From contig NZ_LN831024.1 in assembly GCF_001457615.1 (NCBI RefSeq), positions 360,001-392,000 of the forward strand: 32,000 nucleotides of DNA, read 5' to 3'. A program made the translations under genes and the position numbers. The notes under the pieces were generated by a model that did not search any database, was not told where the DNA came from, and was given only the letters and a program-made list of their open reading frames with translations. Positions 25,024-32,000 of the stretch are shown here, piece by piece (the first letter of the stretch is position 1; each line of letters starts with the position of its first letter). Source of the DNA: Pseudomonas aeruginosa (GTDB lineage Bacteria > Pseudomonadota > Gammaproteobacteria > Pseudomonadales > Pseudomonadaceae).

Positions 25024-25497
25024 TCAGAGGGTGATCAGCTCCGCCTCGATCTTCTTCCCCGCCACTTCCAGCACGCCGATCCCGATCGGCAAGCTGAAGC
25101 GCCGCGGTCCGGCGCTGCCCGGGTTGAGGTAGAGCACGCCGTCGCGCTCTTCCTTCAGCGGCTTGTGCGAATGTCCGGCGACCACCACGTCGATGCCTTC
25201 GGCGGCCGGGTCGAGGTCGAGTCGCTTGAGGTCGTGCAGCACGTAGAGGGTCAGCCGGCCGATCTTCAACAGCAGGCGCTCGGGGATGTCCGCCGCCCAG
25301 TCCTGGGTGTCGTTGTTACCGCGCACCACCGAGAGCGGCGCCAGGCGTTCCAGCTCGGCGAGGATTTCCGGCTTGCCGATGTCGCCGGCATGGATCAACT
25401 GGTCGCAGCCGCGCAACCGTTCCAGCGCCTCGGGCCGGAGCAGGCCATGGGTGTCGGCGATCAGGCCGATGCGCAACGGGCGGCGGGACTGGGGCAT
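25024..25497 (-). CDS. YfcE/MJ0936-family metallophosphoesterase
   Basis: 157 aa from the internal ATG 25497: LIADTHG, HAGDIG, RGNND, GHSH, NPGS. Confidence 0.85.
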   Translation of the reverse strand: MPQSRRPLRIGLIADTHGLLRPEALERLRGCDQLIHAGDIGKPEILAELERLAPLSVVRGNNDTQDWAADIPERLLLKIGRLTLYVLHDLKRLDLDPAAEGIDVVVAGHSHKPLKEERDGVLYLNPGSAGPRRFSLPIGIGVLEVAGKKIEAELITL

Positions 25498-25608
25498 GGG
25501 CGCGGGTCCGGGTTGCGGGACGGAAGAGGGTGGCCGACGGGCATGGCCATGCCGTCGATCATACCCAACCATTGGCCGGGTACGAAAACCCTTCGGCGAA
25601 AACCGCGA

Positions 25609-25626
25609 CGCCACCCGGAGGTGGCG
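25609..25626 (-). terminator. Hairpin just after the NCS2 permease stop
   Basis: CGCCACC-cgga-GGTGGCG (7 bp). On the minus strand a TTTT run follows, but only after a 6-nt spacer. Confidence 0.3.
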
Positions 25627-25635
25627 CCGCGCCTA

Positions 25636-27021
25636 TCAGTGTGCGGCCTTCTGGACCGGGCTTTCCGGCAGGAACCAGTTCAGCAGCAGGGCGCAGATGC
25701 CGCCGGTGGCGACCCCGGACTCCAGCACGTTGCGCAGCGCCGCGGGCATGTGCGCGAGGAACTCCGGCACCTGCGAAACGCCCAGGCCGAGGGCCAGGGA
25801 TACGGCGATGATCAGCAGGGCACGGCGGTCCAGCTGGATGCCGGCGAGGATGTTGATGCCCGAAGCGGCCACCGCGCCGAACATCACCATCGCCGCGCCG
25901 CCCAGTACCGGTTCCGGCACCGCCTGGATGACCCCGGCGACGCTCGGGAACAGGCCGAGCAGGACCAGCATGGCGGCGATCCAGAGGCCGACGTAGCGGC
26001 TGGCCACGCCGGTGAGCTGGATCACCCCGTTGTTCTGGGCGAACACTGAGCTGGGGAAGGTATTGAAGATACCGGCGAGGAACGAGTTGGCGCCGTTGAC
26101 CAGCACGCCGCCCTTGATCCGCTGCATCCACAGCGGGCCTTCCACCGGTTGCTTCGACACCTTGCTGGTGGCGGTGACGTCGCCGATGGCTTCCAGGGAG
26201 GTGACCAGGTAGATCACCAGCATCGGGATGAACAGCGGCCAGGAGAAGTCCAGGCCGAAGTGCAGCGGGGTCGGTACCTGGAACAGCTCGGCCTGGTGCA
26301 TGCCGGTGAAGTCCAGGCGACCGAGGTAGCCGGCCAGCGCGTAGCCGACGGCCAGGGCGATGACGATGGCGCAACTGCGCATCCATACCACCGGGATGCG
26401 GTTGAGCACCACGATGATGCCCAGCACCACGCCGGACAGCAGCAGGTTCTCGCCGTTGGCGAAGGTGCCGTTGGACATCGCCGAGAAGCCGCCGCCCATG
26501 CTGATCAGGCCGACCTTGATCAGGGTCAGGCCGATCATCAGCACGACGATGCCGGTCACCAGCGGGGTGATCAGCCGCTTGACGAACGGCAGTATGCGCG
26601 AGATGCCCATCTCGACGAAGGAGCCGGCGATGACCACGCCGAAGATCGCCGCCATCACGCTTTCCACCGGCGTGCCCTGCTTGACCATCAGCGCCCCGCC
26701 GGCGATCAGCGGGCCGACGAAGTTGAAGCTGGTGCCCTGGACGATCAACAGTCCGGCGCCGAACGGGCCGAAGCGCTTGCACTGGACGAAGGTGGCGATG
26801 CCGGAGATCACCAGCGACATCGACACGATCAGATTGGTGTCGCGCGGCGATACGCCCAGCGCCTGGCAGATCAGCAGGCCGGGGGTAACGATCGGCACGA
26901 TGATCGCCAGCAGGTGCTGGAGGGCGGCGAGCAGGGCGATGGGAGCGCTGGGACGGTCGTCCAGGCCATAGACCAGGTCGTTGCGGGCGCTGGCGTCCGA
27001 CGGGCTTTGCAGGGAACTCAT
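25636..27021 (-). CDS. NCS2-family nucleobase:cation symporter (xanthine/uracil permease type)
   Basis: 461 aa, about 13-14 TM: QHLLAIIVPIVTPGLL, FNTFPSSVFAQNNGVIQLTGVASR (the NCS2 signature region). Confidence 0.9.
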   Translation of the reverse strand: MSSLQSPSDASARNDLVYGLDDRPSAPIALLAALQHLLAIIVPIVTPGLLICQALGVSPRDTNLIVSMSLVISGIATFVQCKRFGPFGAGLLIVQGTSFNFVGPLIAGGALMVKQGTPVESVMAAIFGVVIAGSFVEMGISRILPFVKRLITPLVTGIVVLMIGLTLIKVGLISMGGGFSAMSNGTFANGENLLLSGVVLGIIVVLNRIPVVWMRSCAIVIALAVGYALAGYLGRLDFTGMHQAELFQVPTPLHFGLDFSWPLFIPMLVIYLVTSLEAIGDVTATSKVSKQPVEGPLWMQRIKGGVLVNGANSFLAGIFNTFPSSVFAQNNGVIQLTGVASRYVGLWIAAMLVLLGLFPSVAGVIQAVPEPVLGGAAMVMFGAVAASGINILAGIQLDRRALLIIAVSLALGLGVSQVPEFLAHMPAALRNVLESGVATGGICALLLNWFLPESPVQKAAH

Positions 27022-27037
27022 GGTGGCGGTCCGGGGA

Positions 27038-27054
27038 AAAAGAGCGCGATTTTA
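27038..27054 (-). promoter_or_regulatory. Candidate core promoter of the NCS2 permease (-10 TAAAAT + GC-rich discriminator)
   Basis: The minus strand reads TAAAAT-CGCGCTCTTTTT and ends 16 nt before the ATG. It shares the 14-mer AAAAGAGCGCGATT (plus strand) with 30629-30642. The -35 is poor (TGGGCG). Confidence 0.4.
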
Positions 27055-27098
27055 CTGGGCGAACACGGTCTCGCCCAGGCCTGGCTGCGCCGCATGTC

Positions 27099-27130
27099 GG
27101 CGGATAACGCCGGTGGCGTATGCGCCCTGC
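27099..27130 (-). repeat. REP-like palindrome, copy R2 (left half of an inverted doublet)
   Basis: Plus strand reads GGCGGATAACGCCGGTGGCGTATGCGCCCTGC. The reverse complement GCAGGGCGCATACGCCACCGGCGTTATCCGCC has the same head/tail pattern as R3 and R4, with GCAG in place of GTAG. Confidence 0.6.
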
Positions 27131-27150
27131 GGTTGGAGCGTGGGTGAGCG

Positions 27151-27182
27151 GTAGGGCGAATGACCGCTTGCGATTATCCGCC
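27151..27182 (+). repeat. REP-like palindrome, copy R4 (right half of the inverted doublet)
   Basis: GTAGGGCGAATGACCGCTTGCGATTATCCGCC. It matches R3 at 26 of 32 positions in an ungapped alignment. Confidence 0.7.
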
Positions 27183-27206
27183 ATTCGGCGCGCGTACGCG
27201 TGAATG

Positions 27207-27236
27207 AAAAAGCCCGGCGCGGGACCGGGCTTTTTT
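27207..27236 (-). terminator. Rho-independent, bidirectional terminator ending ilvD
   Basis: AAAAAGCCCGG-CGCGGGA-CCGGGCTTTTTT. A 7-bp GC stem is flanked by an A-run and a T-run, so either strand reads as hairpin + U-tract. It begins 15 nt after the ilvD stop. Confidence 0.8.
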
Positions 27237-27250
27237 CGTCGCTGGACGAT

Positions 27251-29089
27251 TCAGCCGTCCAGCAGCGCCTTGTTGCGTACCGCGCCCTTGTCGGCGCTGG
27301 TGGCGAGCAGGGCGTAGGCCTTGAGCGCGGTGCTGACGCGGCGGGCACGCGGCGCGGCCGGCTTCCAGCCCTTCTTGTCCTGTTCGGCGCGGCGTGCGGC
27401 GAGTTCTTCGTCGCTGACCAGCAGGTTGATCGAGCGATTGGGAATGTCGATCAGCACCTTGTCGCCGTCCTGCACCAGGCCGATGGCGCCGCCGGCGGCG
27501 GCTTCCGGGGAGGCGTGGCCGATGGACAGGCCCGAGGTGCCGCCGGAGAAGCGTCCGTCGGTGAGCAGGGCGCACTGCTTGCCCAGGCCCTTGGACTTCA
27601 GGTAGCTGGTCGGATAGAGCATTTCCTGCATGCCCGGCCCGCCCTTCGGTCCTTCGTAGCGGATGATCACGATGTCGCCGGCCTTCACCTCGTCGCCGAG
27701 GATGCCTTTCACCGCGGCGTCCTGGCTTTCGAAGATCTTCGCGCTGCCTTCGAACACGTGGATCGACTCGTCGACCCCGGCGGTCTTCACCACGCAGCCG
27801 TCGAGAGCGATGTTGCCGTAGAGCACGGCCAGCCCGCCTTCCTTGGAATAGGCATGCTCGACGCTGCGGATGCAGCCCTCGGCGCGGTCGTCGTCCAGGC
27901 TCGGCCAGCGGGTGTTCTGGCTGAACGCGGTCTGGGTCGGGATGCCCGCCGGACCGGCCTTGAAGAAGGTGTGCACGGCTTCGTCGCGGGTCTGGGTGAT
28001 GTCCCACTGGGCGATGGCGTCGGCCATGCTCGGGCTGTGCACGGTGGGGACGTCGGTGTGCAGCAGGCCACCGCGGGCCAGTTCGCCGAGGATGGAGAAG
28101 ATGCCGCCGGCGCGATGCACGTCTTCCATGTGGTACTTCTGGATGTTCGGCGCCACCTTGCACAGTTGCGGCACCTTGCGCGACAGGCGGTCGATGTCGC
28201 GCAGGTCGAACGGCACCTCGGCCTCCTGGGCGGCGGCCAGCAGGTGCAGGATGGTATTGGTCGAGCCGCCCATGGCGATGTCCAGGGTCATGGCGTTCTC
28301 GAAGGCCTTGAAGTTGGCGATGTTGCGCGGCAGCACGCTGTCGTCGCCTTCGCCGTAATAGCGCTGGCAGAGTTCCACGGCCAGGCGCCCGGCGCGCAGG
28401 AACAGTTGCTCGCGGTCGGCGTGGGTGGCCAGGGTCGAGCCGTTGCCCGGCAGCGACAGGCCGAGCGCCTCGGTCAGGCAGTTCATCGAGTTGGCGGTGA
28501 ACATGCCGGAGCAGGAGCCGCAGGTCGGGCAGGCGCTGCGCTCGTACTCGGCGACCTTCTCGTCGGAGCAGGAGTCGTCGGCGGCCACCACCATGGCATC
28601 GACCAGGTCCAGGCCGTGGCTGGCCAGCTTGGTCTTGCCGGCTTCCATCGGCCCGCCGGAGACGAACACTACCGGGATGTTCAGGCGCAGCGCCGCCATC
28701 AGCATGCCGGGGGTGATCTTGTCGCAGTTGGAGATGCAGACGATGGCGTCGGCGCAGTGGGCGTTGACCATGTATTCCACGGAGTCGGCGATGATCTCCC
28801 GGCTCGGCAGCGAATAGAGCATGCCGTCGTGGCCCATGGCGATGCCGTCGTCGACGGCGATGGTGTTGAATTCCTTGGCCACGCCGCCGGCCTTCTCGAT
28901 CTCGCGGGCGACCAGTTGGCCGAGGTCCTTCAGGTGCACGTGGCCGGGCACGAACTGGGTGAAGGAGTTGGCGATGGCGATGATCGGCTTCTTGAAGTCT
29001 TCGTCCTTCATCCCGGTGGCGCGCCAGAGGGCGCGGGCGCCGGCCATGTTGCGGCCGTGGGTGGAGGTTTTCGAGCGGTAATCGGGCAT
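27251..29089 (-). CDS. ilvD: Dihydroxy-acid dehydratase
   Basis: 612 aa: [69 protein letters not shown]. Confidence 0.97.
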   Translation of the reverse strand: MPDYRSKTSTHGRNMAGARALWRATGMKDEDFKKPIIAIANSFTQFVPGHVHLKDLGQLVAREIEKAGGVAKEFNTIAVDDGIAMGHDGMLYSLPSREIIADSVEYMVNAHCADAIVCISNCDKITPGMLMAALRLNIPVVFVSGGPMEAGKTKLASHGLDLVDAMVVAADDSCSDEKVAEYERSACPTCGSCSGMFTANSMNCLTEALGLSLPGNGSTLATHADREQLFLRAGRLAVELCQRYYGEGDDSVLPRNIANFKAFENAMTLDIAMGGSTNTILHLLAAAQEAEVPFDLRDIDRLSRKVPQLCKVAPNIQKYHMEDVHRAGGIFSILGELARGGLLHTDVPTVHSPSMADAIAQWDITQTRDEAVHTFFKAGPAGIPTQTAFSQNTRWPSLDDDRAEGCIRSVEHAYSKEGGLAVLYGNIALDGCVVKTAGVDESIHVFEGSAKIFESQDAAVKGILGDEVKAGDIVIIRYEGPKGGPGMQEMLYPTSYLKSKGLGKQCALLTDGRFSGGTSGLSIGHASPEAAAGGAIGLVQDGDKVLIDIPNRSINLLVSDEELAARRAEQDKKGWKPAAPRARRVSTALKAYALLATSADKGAVRNKALLDG

Positions 29090-29375
29090 GACGATTTCCT
29101 GCGGCTAATCAGGTTCGGGTTATGACTGTATCGTGAGCGTCGAAGGAACCGGATGCAAACGGGGAATAGCCGAGTGTACGGAGTTGGCCGGGGTCTGAAT
29201 GGGGTCACCATTGGCGACGGCCTGGGCTCACTGCCCGCCGGGGGATGATTGGCGAGGAATGCCCGGATTCTAAGCCTAGAGCGGGCGAATGGGGAAGGCT
29301 GGCGGTCGGCGGAGCGGCGCGTCGCGACCCGGCTGGCGTCTTGCGCCGCCCGTCGCGCCATGAGCGGCGGTGGCC

Positions 29376-29407
29376 GTAGGGCGGATGAACGCAGGCGCTC
29401 ATCCGCC
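29376..29407 (+). repeat. REP-like palindrome, copy R3 (rlmI-ilvD spacer)
   Basis: GTAG-GGCGGATGA-acgcaggcgc-TCATCCGCC. A perfect 9-bp stem is preceded by GTAG. It lies 9 nt downstream of the rlmI-like stop on the minus strand. Confidence 0.7.
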
Positions 29408-29416
29408 GGGACGGGC

Positions 29417-30613
29417 TCAGCCGTTGGGCAGCAGCCGGCAGGTCAGGCTCTTGATGTAGCGGGTTTCCGCGATCGCCAGGTGCACCGGATGGTCGGGGCC
29501 CTGGCCGCCGCGCTCGAGCAGCTGGATGTTACGGTCGAGATGGCGGGCGCTGCCGATCAGGATGTTCTGCAGGTCGTCCTCGGGCAGGTGCATCGAGCAG
29601 GAGGCGCTGACCAGGATGCCGTCCTTGCTCAGCAGGCGCATGGCCTGTTCGTTGAGACGGCGGTAGGCGGCCTCACCGTTCTTCAGGTCCTTCTTGCGCT
29701 TGATGAAGGCCGGCGGGTCGGCGATCACCACGTCGAAGCGTTCGTCGGCGGCCTTCAGCTCGCGCAGGGCCTCGAACACGTCGCCCTCGACGCAGGCGAC
29801 CTTCTCCGCCACGCCGTTCAGTGCCGCGTTGCGCTCGACGCCGTCGAGGGCGAAGGCGGACGCGTCCACGCACATCACTTCGCTGGCGCCGAAGGCGGCG
29901 GCCTGGATGCCCCAGCCACCGATATAGCTGAACAGGTCGAGGACCCGCTTGCCCCGCACGTAGGGCGCCAGGCGCGCACGGTTCATGCGGTGGTCGTAGA
30001 ACCAGCCGGTCTTCTGCCCGGCCAGCACCGGCGCCTCGAACTTCACGCCGTTCTCTTCCAGGGCGACCCACTCCGGCACTTCGCCGTAGGCATTGGCCAC
30101 GTAGCGCTCCAGGCCCTCGGCGTCGCGCGCGCTGGAGTCGTTCTTCCAGAGCACGGCGGCGGGCTTGAGCACCTGCAGCAGGGCGGCGAGCACCTCGTCC
30201 TTGCGCAGTTCCATGGCTGCGGACGCCAGTTGCACCACCAGCACGTCGCCAAAGCGATCGACCACCAGGCCGGGCAGCAGGTCGGAATCGCCGTAGACCA
30301 GCCGGTAGAACGGCTTGTCGAAAAGCCGCTCGCGCAGGCTGAGGGCGATGTTGATGCGATGAACCAGCAGCGATTTGTCGAGAACGTGCTTGGTATCACG
30401 GGAAATGAGGCGGCCGCAGATGAGATTGTTCGGGCTCAGCGCGACGATGCCCAGCGGCTTGCCGTTGGCCATTTCCAGCACCGCCTGGTCGCCGGCGGCG
30501 AAGGCATTCAGCGGCGTCGCGGCGACATCCACCTCGTTGCTGTAGACCCACAGGTGGCCGGCGCGCAGGCGGCGCTCGGCGTTGGCTTTGAGACGCAAGC
30601 TGGGCAGGGTCAT
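29417..30613 (-). CDS. rlmI: PUA + class I SAM-dependent 23S rRNA m5C methyltransferase (RlmI family)
   Basis: 398 aa, colinear by eye with E. coli RlmI: RLRAGHLWVYSNEV, DRFGDVLVVQL, GQKTGWFYDHR, DVVIADPPAF, ASCS. Confidence 0.8.
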   Translation of the reverse strand: MTLPSLRLKANAERRLRAGHLWVYSNEVDVAATPLNAFAAGDQAVLEMANGKPLGIVALSPNNLICGRLISRDTKHVLDKSLLVHRINIALSLRERLFDKPFYRLVYGDSDLLPGLVVDRFGDVLVVQLASAAMELRKDEVLAALLQVLKPAAVLWKNDSSARDAEGLERYVANAYGEVPEWVALEENGVKFEAPVLAGQKTGWFYDHRMNRARLAPYVRGKRVLDLFSYIGGWGIQAAAFGASEVMCVDASAFALDGVERNAALNGVAEKVACVEGDVFEALRELKAADERFDVVIADPPAFIKRKKDLKNGEAAYRRLNEQAMRLLSKDGILVSASCSMHLPEDDLQNILIGSARHLDRNIQLLERGGQGPDHPVHLAIAETRYIKSLTCRLLPNG

Positions 30614-30628
30614 GGGAAAGGCTCCGGC

Positions 30629-30645
30629 AAAAGAGCGCGATTATA
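30629..30645 (-). promoter_or_regulatory. Candidate core promoter of the rlmI-like gene (perfect -10 TATAAT + GC-rich discriminator)
   Basis: The minus strand reads TATAAT-CGCGCTCTTTTG and ends 15 nt before the ATG, with GGAG SD in between. I see no convincing -35. Confidence 0.4.
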
Positions 30646-30685
30646 GCGCAGCGACGGGATTCGCCGCTGCGCGAACGCGGGCCGT

Positions 30686-31225
30686 TCAGCCGGCGAGGAT
30701 TTCGATGAATCGACGGTTGAAGGCCGGGATGTCTTCGGGTTTGCGGCTGCTCACCAGCTTGCCGTCCACCGCTACCTCCTGGTCCACCCAGTGGCCGCCG
30801 GCGTTGTTGATGTCGTCCTTGAGCGACGGCCAACTGGTCAGGGTACGACCCTGCACCAGGCCGGCGGAGATCAGCAGCCAGGCGCCGTGGCAGATCACCG
30901 CCACCGGCTTGCTCGCCTGTTCGGCGCGGATCGCCAGTTCCTGGGCCTTGGCCAGGCTGCGGATCTGGTCGGAATTGATCACCCCGCCGGGCAGCAGCAG
31001 GGCGTCGTAGTCGTCCAGGCTGGCGTCTTCGAAGGTGCCGTCGACGCGGAAGGCCTCGGCTGGCTGGTGATGGTTCCAGCCGTGCACCTCGCCGGCCTTG
31101 TCGGAAAGAATCCTTACCGTGGCGCCGGCGTCTTCCAGGGCTTTTTTCGGACCGGTCAGTTCGACCTGTTCGAAACCGTCGGTCACCAGGGCGGCGACGA
31201 CCTTGCCGTGCAGGGATTGGGTCAT
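30686..31225 (-). CDS. pfpI: DJ-1/PfpI-family protein (intracellular protease/deglycase type)
   Basis: 179 aa from the internal ATG 31225 (GGGAGA upstream). The nucleophile elbow is VAVICHGAWLL. Confidence 0.9.
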   Translation of the reverse strand: MTQSLHGKVVAALVTDGFEQVELTGPKKALEDAGATVRILSDKAGEVHGWNHHQPAEAFRVDGTFEDASLDDYDALLLPGGVINSDQIRSLAKAQELAIRAEQASKPVAVICHGAWLLISAGLVQGRTLTSWPSLKDDINNAGGHWVDQEVAVDGKLVSSRKPEDIPAFNRRFIEILAG

Positions 31226-31386
31226 GGCATGTCTCCCGATATCAGAAGGGGTATTCATTCCGACCCTGGCGGCTGCGGGAAAAGTTCCATGTCCGTTGCC
31301 TGGCGCCGCTTTTCCGGCAGAAGCCCGCCCCATGGCGGGGTTCTCCGGGTAAACTGCGCGCACCGTCAACTTTCGCCTCCGTCCTC

Positions 31387-32000
31387 ATGGTCCAAGAACT
31401 CACCGCCGAGCAGATCCGCCAGGCCCTGCAAGGCATCAGCGTGCCGCCGCAACCCCAGATCATGGTCGACCTGCAGATGGAGCAGGTCATGCCCAATCCG
31501 GACCTGAAGAACATTGCCAGGCTGATCAGCCAGGACCCGGGCCTTTCCGGGGCTCTCCTGAAACTGGTGAACTCGCCGTTCTTCGGCCTGGCCAATCGCA
31601 TCACTTCGATCCAGCGCGCGGTGAACCTGCTGGGCAGTCGTTCGGTGATCAACCTGATCAACGCCCAGTCGATCAAGGGTGAGATGAGCGACGACACCAT
31701 CGTCACCCTCAACCGTTTCTGGGACACCGCCCAGGACGTGGCCATGAGCTGCCTCAGCCTGGCCAAGCGGATCGGCTACGAATCGGTGGACGAAGCCTAC
31801 GCTCTCGGCCTGTTCCACAATTGCGGCATCCCGCTGATGCTCAAGCGCTTCCCGCACTACATGGCGGTGCTGGAAGAGGCCTACGCCGCCGCCAGCGACG
31901 AACGCCGGGTGGTGGACACCGAGAACCGCGTGCTGAACACCAACCATGCGGTGGTCGGCTACTACACCGCGCGCTCCTGGCGCCTGCCGGAGCACGTCTG
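31387..32000 (+). CDS. HDOD-domain signalling protein. The 3' end runs off the right edge.
   Basis: Absent from the ORF track because it is open-ended. Translation from ATG 31387 gives MVQELTAEQIRQALQGISVPPQPQIMVDLQ...ISQDPGLSGALLKLVNSPFFGLANRITSIQRAVNLLG...GLFHNCGIPLM, which is HDOD-typical. Confidence 0.8.
   Translation, partial: MVQELTAEQIRQALQGISVPPQPQIMVDLQMEQVMPNPDLKNIARLISQDPGLSGALLKLVNSPFFGLANRITSIQRAVNLLGSRSVINLINAQSIKGEMSDDTIVTLNRFWDTAQDVAMSCLSLAKRIGYESVDEAYALGLFHNCGIPLMLKRFPHYMAVLEEAYAAASDERRVVDTENRVLNTNHAVVGYYTARSWRLPEHV

Noticed and set aside
25559-27184. 541-aa minus-strand ORF in an alternative frame of the NCS2 permease, and 26149..27147 (+)
   Set aside because: The 461-aa frame gives 13-14 TM helices and the NCS2 signature. 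The alternatives are hydrophilic Arg/Pro/Gly-rich artefacts.
27200-29125. 641-aa plus-strand ORF opposite ilvD
   Set aside because: Antisense to a textbook dihydroxy-acid dehydratase. It also runs straight through the ilvD terminator hairpin and has no homology features.
29210-29255. Direct repeat ATTGGCGA at 29210-29217 and 29248-29255 in the ilvD upstream region
   Set aside because: About one repeated 8-mer is expected by chance in a 330-bp segment, and the flanks do not extend the match.
1-32000. Looked for tRNA/rRNA genes, CRISPR arrays, IS elements or terminal inverted repeats, integrases, toxin-antitoxin pairs, known defence-system hallmarks, and AT-rich islands
   Set aside because: None found by eye. 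There are no regularly spaced direct repeats, no cloverleaf-like segments in the spacers, no transposase or recombinase motifs in any frame, and composition looks uniformly high-GC. The window reads as core chromosome rather than an accessory island.

Overview
High-GC (about two-thirds G+C by eye) gamma-proteobacterial chromosomal DNA. I recognise the gene content and order as Pseudomonas aeruginosa-type core genome: aaaA / rpiA / ilvA ... rppH-ptsP ... lgt, thyA ... glpQ ... folA ... ilvD, rlmI-like, pfpI. This is recognition from memory, with no database check. I call 31 protein-coding genes, two of them cut by the window edges. About two thirds are confidently assigned housekeeping genes. 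I found no rRNA, tRNA, CRISPR array, IS element, integrase or prophage signature and no obvious compositional island. Most long ORFs in the six-frame track are mirror-frame artefacts typical of high-GC DNA. Non-coding features: one textbook bidirectional terminator after ilvD, several GC-hairpins between convergent genes, a family of four REP-like GTAG-headed palindromes including one inverted doublet, and two minus-strand core-promoter-like blocks sharing an exact 14-mer. Best candidates for undescribed biology, in order: (1) a translationally coupled membrane protein + membrane-anchored P-loop GTPase pair followed by an FkbM-type methyltransferase (16747-20336); (2) a translationally coupled pair of paralogous secreted proteins of unknown family, divergent from glpQ (22288-24419); (3) a membrane-tethered Rossmann oxidoreductase sandwiched between two 155-aa paralogous 4-TM proteins with conserved histidines (4915-7168). 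All three are hypotheses built from sequence architecture only.
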